This document shows positions 1-8,592 of a stretch of DNA of 26,624 bases, piece after piece. This DNA comes from Craspedostauros australis (lineage: Eukaryota): NCBI GenBank assembly GCA_030167865.1, contig JALAGF010006190.1, positions 62,001 through 88,624 on the forward strand, given 5' to 3'. The translations under genes and the position numbers were made by a program. How positions within the stretch are numbered: the stretch's first letter is position 1; each line of letters opens with the position of its first letter. The notes below the pieces were generated by a model. It saw only the letters and a list, made by a program, of their open reading frames with translations, searched no databases and was not told the DNA's origin.

Positions 1-2116
1 AGGACACCACCCCGAGCTTGTACGACGTCTCCGTCCACTCTCCTTGGACCGTCGAACCAGGGACAATGCCTGCACCGGCGTATAAATGGGCTCGTGCTGG
101 ACTGCGACTCAAGATGCCAGGTAGAGATTGCTGGCTGGGAGCCCTCCTTAGCAAGGCGGATCTGATGGCAACTACAACCTCCGCGGAGTCCTTTCCAATG
201 AAACCAACCGGTCCAGAGTAAAACCCTCGATCAAGCCCTGTCGCCTCGTTGTTTCTGATGTAATCGAGCGCCTCGTGTTGTGGAAATCCACACAATGCTG
301 GTGTTGGGTGAAGTTCCTGAAGAAGCAGCCGCATGGCATCTGATGCGACGACATTCGAAGCCAAGTCGCTCTCGAATTGCTGGCATATGTGTTGCAGGTG
401 AAGCAAACGCCTCACAAGGAACTTCTCGCGGATCTCCGCCGTCGGATTGTCATCATCATCTTGTTGATGCCCAGCCTTTGCGTCCGGATGGTTCACATCC
501 GTGGGAGATTGTCTCAGGTAGCCACCGTCTCGCAATCGCAAAAAAGCCGAACGCACGAAGTCGGCGACAATTTGGTTCTCGTGTGCATCCTTGGAGGATT
601 CGAAAAGCTCGCGCGCGAGGGATTTGTCTGCTTCAGCCGTGGACCCTCTCGGACGTGTGCCTGCCAATGCTTCTGATGTCACGCGCCCAGATATAGTGAC
701 AGAGAAGAGTCTCTCGGGGGTGCAACCAAGGAACTCATTTTGCGATTTACTCGGCTTGATGTAAAAGTAGTGGCCTCCAGGCGGGGCGGAGCTGAATTTC
801 CACGTCTTCAATAAGTCCAAGCCGTTCCAGTTTTCTGAGAACGAAGCCTTGGCAGTTTCGAATTCCAAATCCAACCGGCGCGCCAGCACCACTTTCTCGA
901 TGGTTGTCAGGTTGGTCTGCGGTCGCTCCATCGTCTCGATCGCTCTCGCAACGATGTCATCATACCACTCCTGCCCGTCGACATCGAATCCGTATTCTCT
1001 GGGGTGATCTGTGAGCCGCTGCATGATGGGTGGCAAGGTCGTCGTCGTGACGGCTCTCGTGACGTGGCTGCTGAGACGATGCAGTAGCTCTTTGGCGCGC
1101 TTCGCTGATCGAGAAAAGGAATCATCTCCGGGTCGCCGTACGAGATGGACTGACAGGACGTACTGCTGCTGTTGTTGTTGTTGCTGCTGCTCAGGTAGAA
1201 GTCGGATTTGTTCGGAGCTTGCAGCCTCGTCTCCTACAAGTACATCGTGCATGGCGTTGGAAGACCTCGTCTTGTCGGGCGACACCCGACGCAATTCTAC
1301 GGCGGGTAGAATCCATAGGGCATCACCAAAGTCGCCCCACTCCTCAGATGCTACGCATGAGTGGTCAATGTCGAATCTCTGACCTCCGTACATGTATGCA
1401 TTCGGCGGAAGCTCATTGATATCGTTCCAGAAATCGTCGGATGAAGCTGGCGCACGTATCTGATGCGCAGCTCCGATAACAGCAGCTTCGAAACTCTTCT
1501 CTGCTGTTTGAAAGTACATGATAGGGAGCTCCTGAACTGCATCGCCATGGACAGGGTTTTCTCGAACCTGCGCATCCAACCAACAAAGCGGATCTATATG
1601 ATGCGAGACCGGGTGGCTTATTCTCAGCATGCGTGTTTCGGGGTCGACGATGTGATGGTGGCCGGCAATCCAACTTTGATCGGTATCCTCTTTTTGGATC
1701 GGCATCTGCATCGGCATCTGTATGCGATCAAGAGCGAGCATCAGGGTGTCCAAACATTCTCGCATGGATGATGATTTCCACGGGGACTCGTGAAGCTCCT
1801 GCGCATCTGGGAAGATGATTTGGTGCGGAGAGAGCTCTCTTCCAGCCCTGATTGATGGGTCGTCCCTGGCGATGCCTGTGGACGCTGCAGACTCCCACCG
1901 CTTCTGCGCGCTTCCATCCAATCCATTTTGCGTCGCCTCATCGAGGCACCGGCCCGCTCTGTTGGGGTTGAGGCTGCACGGTTGGATTCTGCGTCGACTG
2001 GAGTGCACGATAAATGCGTTTGCCGATTGGCAGTTGAGCAAAAGTGCTACAATGGACATCAACACCGACACTGCGATTGCCGTGAAGCCGCGACTCCTCG
2101 CCCGAGAAGCCATCAT
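1..2116 (-). CDS. menF: Isochorismate synthase (MenF/ICS, chorismate-binding family), plastid-targeted, 3' end outside the window; possibly the N-terminal part of a PHYLLO-type phylloquinone-biosynthesis fusion
   Basis: Manual minus-strand translation from ATG 2116 is open for 705 codons to the window edge, so the ORF track missed it. N-terminus MMASRARSRGFTAIAVSVLMSIVALLLNCQSANA-FIV is a signal peptide plus Phe, as in diatom plastid presequences. ICS motifs appear in order: EKVVLAR, FLGCTPERL, EALAGTRPRG, SSKDAHENQIV, LQH, LHPTPALCGFP, DRGFYSGPVG, VAIRSA, LYAGAGIVPGS..GEWTETSYK. An alternative in-frame ATG lies at 2182. Confidence 0.93.
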   Translation of the reverse strand, partial: MMASRARSRGFTAIAVSVLMSIVALLLNCQSANAFIVHSSRRRIQPCSLNPNRAGRCLDEATQNGLDGSAQKRWESAASTGIARDDPSIRAGRELSPHQIIFPDAQELHESPWKSSSMRECLDTLMLALDRIQMPMQMPIQKEDTDQSWIAGHHHIVDPETRMLRISHPVSHHIDPLCWLDAQVRENPVHGDAVQELPIMYFQTAEKSFEAAVIGAAHQIRAPASSDDFWNDINELPPNAYMYGGQRFDIDHSCVASEEWGDFGDALWILPAVELRRVSPDKTRSSNAMHDVLVGDEAASSEQIRLLPEQQQQQQQQQYVLSVHLVRRPGDDSFSRSAKRAKELLHRLSSHVTRAVTTTTLPPIMQRLTDHPREYGFDVDGQEWYDDIVARAIETMERPQTNLTTIEKVVLARRLDLEFETAKASFSENWNGLDLLKTWKFSSAPPGGHYFYIKPSKSQNEFLGCTPERLFSVTISGRVTSEALAGTRPRGSTAEADKSLARELFESSKDAHENQIVADFVRSAFLRLRDGGYLRQSPTDVNHPDAKAGHQQDDDDNPTAEIREKFLVRRLLHLQHICQQFESDLASNVVASDAMRLLLQELHPTPALCGFPQHEALDYIRNNEATGLDRGFYSGPVGFIGKDSAEVVVAIRSALLRRAPSQQSLPGILSRSPARAHLYAGAGIVPGSTVQGEWTETSYKLGVVS
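1163..1189 (-). repeat. CAG/CAA trinucleotide run encoding Q9 within the ICS gene
   Basis: Nine consecutive ctg/ttg triplets on the plus strand read as Gln x9 in the ICS frame. Confidence 0.9.
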
Positions 2117-3190
2117 CTCCTCCTTTCGCTTCTTCCTCGAGACTGACGTGCGGAAAAACAGCCTTCTTTCGGTGTGCAACATTCGGCCTCTTGCACAGTG
2201 CCGCACTGCTGCCGTACCAGCTCAGTGTTGTGTACTGGCACGAGTACGTAGGTATGAGAATCGCAGAGTGTTGCTGCGCAGTCTACGCGTACTCGTCGTA
2301 CTCGTCTGTTCGAGGATCTCTGACTGTATCTCGAATGCCAGATTAGTGATATTGCTCGGCGAGGATGGTACCTATGTAGGTGTGCGATGAAAGTCAGAGA
2401 GAGAATGATTGTCGTATTATCGAATACAACTCTGGAGAATAAATACTATTATAATATTCACTCCTCTCTGTGCTCTCCTCGTTGCATGGACTGCTCATTG
2501 ATACCCACACCTGTATCTCTGGATCTCTGCGTTTGGTTCTGCGTTTGTCGATGTTGATGTTGATGTCGATGTTGATGTCGATCCTTGGCCTCTTGCCCTT
2601 GGTGTTGAACTTGGTGGTGATGTCTCTGGTTGTGTTGGACAGGTTCTTTCTCTTCTTGCGCCAGCGAACGACAGGAGGTGAACAATGAAGAATGCTCGTG
2701 ACGTCATCTGGCTATCACATCTTGGGGGAAATGAACGGCCAAGATCGAGGAGCACGCGAAGTTCGCATGGTACCATACGATGGGTACACTCTCTCTATAG
2801 TAGAGAGAGTAGTCGTGGAGTACTCTGGCACTGGCGCAACATGTCATTGTGAACAGGACCCACCTGCTTGTATGTATTCTGTTATCACAATATTATATTC
2901 TATAATAGTACATAATATTCTATTATACAATACATCTGAGAGTTCTCTCTCTCTTTGCCAGCATGGGAGGATCACACCACACATTCACGATGGAGTCACG
3001 TATTATATTATAGAATGTTAGGAAAACCGGTACATGTGACCGACATGCGATTGGCTTCGTCCTGTCAGACCTAACGGTACGTATTCGAGAGATCTGGATG
3101 TTGATCCTGCAGAGCTCGATTAGTTCCAGCGCCAGGGAAGTCTTCCACAGAGAAAGAGAGATAAGGTGCGCAACAAGTTGCCAACTACAA

Positions 3191-5680
3191 TCATTCCATT
3201 CCGGCGGGGGCAAAGATGCCATCGCGCTTAGGTGCCAGTGCAAGAACGTTGAATTTCGTCCCCATGTGCTCAGGAGACACGAGGAACTTGAAAGCTTGCG
3301 ATACGGCATTCGCGTCTTCAACAGTCGTTTCGTCGTCTTCGATCTTCTTGATCGCCATCTCTCCTGCTCCCATCCGCATGAGGAATTCGCCCTGAGGCAC
3401 GGGCCCATGCGCATGGATTCGGCTTGTGTTGCTGGCAGCACCATGGGTCGTCGTCAAGTCTATATTGGAACGAGCGTTCACCGTTTCCTTCAACGCAAAA
3501 AAGTCTACGTCTGCCGTGATGTCGACGCCGCCAGGATACGATGTGAGCGGGACCTGCTTGTGATTGGAGAATGCCCGAAGCGTGTCTCCCGTGCCCTCCT
3601 GTCCGTAATCCACAATCAACGCCACGCCGCCGCCAGTATCCTCCAGATGCCGCTGTATGTCTTGAATGAGGAATATTGCCTCGGGACAGATCTCGATCAC
3701 CGAGCCTTTCTGCGGAGAACTTGGCCCATAGTCTTTGAGGAGGATGTTCGCTGCTGGGGTGGTATCAGGGGCCACGACTTGCCTCAGCCTTGGCGTGAGG
3801 GCCTCGGCAGGATCACCGGATGGTGCGCTCTCGTCGGCATCTACTACATCGATGAGGCGTTCTCTCCACCCATCTTCCGTGTAATCGAACACATGAACTG
3901 GAAGCGTATCGAACATTTCCTGGGCCACAACCATGGTTCGTGGTGGGGCAGCATCTCCCGATGGGTTGTTTCGTGCATGGTGTCTAAAGGAGGCGAACGA
4001 GTCATGCCAATGGATCTGCATCGAAAACTCTCTGGCTGCCCCCTCGACTTTGTCTTCGTATTTCTGCGTAGCATCGTTATCCACACTATCCACGCTATCC
4101 ACGCCATCAATGTCGAGATTGGTGTTGGCTTCTGTAACAGCATCCGCAGTATCATCATTGGTAGCACCGACAATACCCGTTTGGGAGACTTTCTCTCCTT
4201 CTGCGCGCACGAATGTGAAGTCGATCAGATGTCCAAGATTGTGAATGAGGACGTGTTCTTGCTCTTGGCGTAGCAGGTGGGATGGCTCGACAAAATGTAT
4301 CTTTTGAATGCTGGCTCCGAAATGCTTCAGCTTGGATGTTGTAGCAAGGCTCAATATGTCCATCATGAGCGTGCCCCGCCCCGGCCCCAGCTCCACAACC
4401 TCAACTGCCTGTGCTTCTTGGAGGAGCTGTTGCCATTGCGTCATGAGCCAAACGCACAGACAATGGCCAAAGATATTGGACACTTCCGGCGCGGTGATGA
4501 AGTCGCCTGGTGCACCAAAAATGGCAGACCTCTGTTCCCTATTCGTCAACCTCGCTTCATCGCCAGCCAAGTCGCCTGCTTGTCCGCTTGGTGATTCTGG
4601 GGTGTGCGGTGCGTTGCCATTCGTCGTCGTTCCCTCTGTGTCTGTCAGTCGGTCACGAATTCTGGGATTGGTGTAGTACCCGTAGTCTGGATGAGTCAAG
4701 CATTGTCTCATGTATTCAGCCGTCGTCAGAGGCCTCCCGGTCACACCTATTCGTTTCATCAGATAGTCTGACAGGGGAGTGGCTTCTTCGTACCCCTTCC
4801 ACGACTTTGGCGCATGCGGAAGGTGAATTTTGGGATCATACAGGTCTTCGAAGTTGACAGCCGCCGTGAAAGCAGAATCCATCGTGTTCGTACCAGTGAG
4901 AATGCTGTGTGTGCTGCTAACGCTGTTTGCGACGCTTCGCAGATCACTGAGGTCACGGCCCCCAAGCTGCGCACTGGTCCCGCCGGTGTCAACATCATGC
5001 CTATCCAACTGCAACTGCCCGAAGTCATCGAGCGCAGTGGATCTGTACGAGGGAAGGGAGTGGGACTTCCAGTACTCTGAGCGCATGCGAAAACGAGCTT
5101 TATCGACTTCATCAAGTGCAAACGAGGGCGCGCCATCGAGCGAATTTGCTGGCGGTTCGGGCATCGCCAAGCGAGTCCCATCGGAGGCGAAATCGTCCGA
5201 AGCTTCAGGAGCAGCAGTCGCTCCGCCAAAGGCCTTCGAATTTTGCTGACCGTGCATTCTCCCTGGCGTTGGTGTCAACTGTGTCGCACCGCTGCTGCCA
5301 TTGCTCTCGCTGCTGGCGAGACCCGACGATGCTTCGGAACGTCTTTGTCTGAGCATTGCACCTTTTTTCTTGCCTGCTTGGACAGCAGGTGTCCCCGAGA
5401 AGCTCCTGGCACACCCGGCTGCTGTTGCAGCTGTCGCTGCTGTTGCTGCTATTGTGTTTGTATGTACGATTGTGTTGGAACTTGTATCGGATGTTCTCGC
5501 ATGCATATGGAAAGTGCGAGACGACTGCGCACGTTCGTGATACCTCTCATTGAGCGCAGCTTGGTTGCTTCCACTCCAATTGCTCCGCCGATGCACCAAC
5601 GGTAGCGCCGGCAGCGCAGCATGTGCGCTCCACCGCTTTAGCCTCGGGATGTTGCGTCCCACCAGAGTTGGCATCATCAT
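3191..5680 (-). CDS. NDUFAF7: Mitochondrial protein-arginine methyltransferase NDUFAF7/MidA (complex I assembly factor), 829 aa if unspliced
   Basis: Family motifs: EYMRQCLTHPDYGYY, GDFITAPEVSNIFG, VVELGPGRGTLM (SAM motif I), AQEMFDTLPVH, EICPE, GGVALIVDYG, TLRAF..H, PGGVDITADVDF, QGEFLMRMG. The ORF-track start at 5752 is TTG. The first ATG (MMMPTLVGRNIPRLKRW, basic and presequence-like) is at 5680. Confidence 0.93.
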   Translation of the reverse strand: MMMPTLVGRNIPRLKRWSAHAALPALPLVHRRSNWSGSNQAALNERYHERAQSSRTFHMHARTSDTSSNTIVHTNTIAATAATAATAAGCARSFSGTPAVQAGKKKGAMLRQRRSEASSGLASSESNGSSGATQLTPTPGRMHGQQNSKAFGGATAAPEASDDFASDGTRLAMPEPPANSLDGAPSFALDEVDKARFRMRSEYWKSHSLPSYRSTALDDFGQLQLDRHDVDTGGTSAQLGGRDLSDLRSVANSVSSTHSILTGTNTMDSAFTAAVNFEDLYDPKIHLPHAPKSWKGYEEATPLSDYLMKRIGVTGRPLTTAEYMRQCLTHPDYGYYTNPRIRDRLTDTEGTTTNGNAPHTPESPSGQAGDLAGDEARLTNREQRSAIFGAPGDFITAPEVSNIFGHCLCVWLMTQWQQLLQEAQAVEVVELGPGRGTLMMDILSLATTSKLKHFGASIQKIHFVEPSHLLRQEQEHVLIHNLGHLIDFTFVRAEGEKVSQTGIVGATNDDTADAVTEANTNLDIDGVDSVDSVDNDATQKYEDKVEGAAREFSMQIHWHDSFASFRHHARNNPSGDAAPPRTMVVAQEMFDTLPVHVFDYTEDGWRERLIDVVDADESAPSGDPAEALTPRLRQVVAPDTTPAANILLKDYGPSSPQKGSVIEICPEAIFLIQDIQRHLEDTGGGVALIVDYGQEGTGDTLRAFSNHKQVPLTSYPGGVDITADVDFFALKETVNARSNIDLTTTHGAASNTSRIHAHGPVPQGEFLMRMGAGEMAIKKIEDDETTVEDANAVSQAFKFLVSPEHMGTKFNVLALAPKRDGIFAPAGME

Positions 5681-6210
5681 TGTGTGTGCGCCCAATCTTG
5701 GTGGCTCAGGCACCAATATGTATGGTACTATATGGTGTTCGTACTTGTCCAATGCTCGCTCTCCACTCGCACGAGCTATCGAGAGGGCCAGAAAGTGGAG
5801 TGGAGTAGAGTGAGTAGAATAGAGTTGAATATGTACTTATTGGTAACACGTATGAGTACGGAAGACATGGAGAGCGAGTGAGCGCCAACTCCAGAGAAAT
5901 CGTATTGATACGATCTATGGACTCGTATGATGATACGTAACCGGAGTGCTTGTGCTCTGTTCTGTTTGTGTCCAGGTGTCGAGTGTCTCAATTTGTGTGT
6001 GTTCGTGTGTGTGTTGCAAATTCTGGGTTGTTGTATCTCCCGCAACGATGTGGATCCACAACATTCGGATCTTTTCTTAGAGACTATGACAGTACCCAGC
6101 TGAAGAAGCCATTCAGTACCACCGACAAGGAACATGCAATATGTGGTATTAGAACAAAGGTACTGGTTTGCTCTCGATGTTCCTCTTGTTGGAAGCGCAC
6201 TGTGCTTTTC

Positions 6211-6285
6211 TGACGTCATGAAGACAACGGATCCCAACAGTGACGACTGCTGACGTCAACATGAGTTTTGTGCTGAAAAACGTCA
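6211..6285. promoter_or_regulatory. Cluster of CRE/CCRE-type bZIP sites upstream of the bestrophin gene
   Basis: TGACGTCA at 6211-6218 and 6251-6258, a TGACG half-site at 6241 and ACGTCA at 6280-6285, about 430-500 bp upstream of the BST ATG in the divergent NDUFAF7/BST spacer. Confidence 0.6.
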
Positions 6286-6711
6286 CAACAACACAGCGAA
6301 TCTGATCTCTTGTGACACCTCTCATCGAGACGTAACGACAGCGTATCGTCGCAGAGCACCAACAGAGCACAAGTACGTGCATCGGCTGAGTATCCTTTCC
6401 TCTCCACACCAGGTGATGTCGTGGGGGGCGATGCGCGTCGATACCGTGCAAGCTACCACCCGAGAGCACGAATCAGATCTTTCAGGGGCGCCGCTCCTCG
6501 CATGCAGTTCGTCGCTTGCATCCTCTCTTTGGATGCCAGATCGCATGAAGAGCACACAACTTCGCACACTCCGACATCACATCGCACAACGCAAAAGTTT
6601 GGACGTTTCAGCATCAACAGGCCACGAGGACGATCAGCACAGCCCAGCAACAAGCATTCGCAGCGCAAGTATCGGTACAACTATCGGCAAAGTGGAACCA
6701 CACAAGACACA

Positions 6712-8592
6712 ATGCGGCAATTCAACCTTTCAGCCCTGCTCCTACTGTGCCTGGCACCATCAGCAGCTGCATTTGTGCCTGCGAAGATGACCCCAGGAAG
6801 CCCAGCCGAGGTCCTGGCCAAGACCAGAACCACGCATCTGAATGGCACCACCAAGAACCCTCCAGCTATCGCAGAGCCCAGCGACGTTGCGTATGGCGAG
6901 GAGAGCCGCAAGTACCGCAGGACCGTGTACACACACGACGACTGGGTCAAGTTCAGGTCCCCAGACCGCTTCATCCGCAACCTTTCCACCACCTTCAAGT
7001 CTGGCGTTTACAAGAACCTCAGCCGAGAAGTGGTGGCCACAACCGCTGTGGCTTGCTTCGTGGTCTTTTGGAACGGTCTCATCGGTGGATTCTCGGACTT
7101 TAGCGGCGTGTCCCACGAAGGCCTGCTCGCCAACCCGCTGTTCCAGATGGTCGCTCTTCCAATCACCGGATTCACGCTCTCCAGCCCATCTCTTGGCCTT
7201 CTCCTTGGTACGTACGAGCTGGAACACGCCGACTTCGCCGCGCAGAACGATTGATATTTTCGCGACATGGCAAAACTGTCGGACGCAATAGACCCAATGC
7301 GAAGAAAACGAGCCCCTTGATATGCCAACTGTACCAATACCTATTCTCATCTTCGTACTTGTGTTTTTCCTCATCCACCCCCCACCACGCTTTTCCACTA
7401 CGCACGGCCAAACAACAACACTACCTTCCACATGCTTCACAATGATGATGACGATGATGGCGTCGATACCCAACAAATACATCGTTCTGCCCCTGATATG
7501 CAAGTGTTCCGCACCAACACGGCCTACAAGCGCTGGGACGAGGCCCGCAAGAACTGGGGGTAAGGAAATATTGAATCATTGTCGCCAAGGTTTCTACTCT
7601 GCTTGTTGCTTTCATGTGCGCCATGCTACTCCGCTGAGGCGCAAGATCCCAGTGCTGAAGGTCGAATACTTTTCAATGCAACGCAATGCAACGCAATGCA
7701 ACGCAATGCAATGCAATGCAACCACATGCTCACAAGTTATCTTCGCATTGCCCTGCTTTGCACGTCTCGTTCTCGACGCCATGAAACTTGCTTTTGCCTG
7801 TCACGTTTTGACACGTTCTTTTCGCAATGCTGGAAACACCTACTCTATTATACGCGTACTCTTCTCGTACTATTCCACACCGCTTTATTCTCCTCCTTGC
7901 ATTCTCTTCATGCAATGCTCAGGATGAATATCAATCACACCCGCGATCTGGTCCGTATGGGAAACGCATACTACGACTCCTCACAAGTTACACCCCAACG
8001 TCGCAAGGAAGACTTGGAAAGACTGAGCCTGTGCACTTGGGCATTCGTGAGATCCATGAAGCGCCACTTGTCTCCTGAATGGGAAGACGAGCAGTTCTTC
8101 AAGAACGAGCTCTACGAGCGTCTCCCAAAGCAGCAGGCGGAAGCGATTATCAGCGCCGCACACCGCCCAAACAGAGCCCTCTTCGACCTCTCATGTGCCA
8201 TCGAGAACCTACCAATGAACTTCATGCGAAAGAATGAGATCCATGCGGCCGTCACCATCTTCGAGGACAACCTCGGATCTAGTGAGCGTTTGCTGACTTC
8301 GCCCGTCCCGCTCTTCTACTCCCGCCACACAGCGCGCTTCTTATCCGTCTGGCTTCTATTCCTGCCATTCGCCATCTGGGACAACTTTGGCAACACATGG
8401 AATCATGTCGGTATGATCCCAGCGACAGCATTCATCTCAGCCTTCCTCTTTGGTATCGAAGAACTCGCGACGCAGCTCGAAGAGCCTTTCACCATCTTGC
8501 CAATGCAAGCCTTCTGCGACAAAATCGGGAATTGGTGTAACGAGATCGTATCTTGGGAAGGTGGTGACAACGACATGCCTGTGTACAAGTAA
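6712..8592 (+). CDS. BST: Plastid/thylakoid bestrophin-like anion channel (BST/VCCN1, UPF0187 family); exons 6712-7207, 7505-7559, 7923-8592; 406 aa
   Basis: N-terminus MRQFNLSALLLLCLAPSAAA-FVP is an ASAFAP-type presequence. Splicing GT-AG introns 7208-7504 and 7560-7922 restores SLGLLL-VFRTNTAYKRWDEARKNWG-MNINHTRD. Other family motifs: RRTVYTHDDWVKFRSPDRF, HRP, GSSERLLTSPVPLFYSRHTARFLSVWL, FLFGIEELATQLEEPF. The exons sum to 1221 nt, in frame. The 3' end may include one more exon (see findings). Confidence 0.93.
7676..7720 (+). repeat. (AYGCA)9 pentanucleotide microsatellite in BST intron 2
   Basis: atgca acgca atgca acgca atgca acgca atgca atgca atgca read directly from the sequence. Confidence 0.9.

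Noticed and set aside
2458..2776. Short H/Q-rich, S/T-rich and L/M-rich ORFs in three frames
   Set aside because: Produced by a degenerate GATGTT/GATGTC hexamer repeat in the spacer, with no other coding evidence.
3098..4273. 391-aa plus-strand ORF
   Set aside because: Antisense to the conserved NDUFAF7 domain, with no recognisable motifs.
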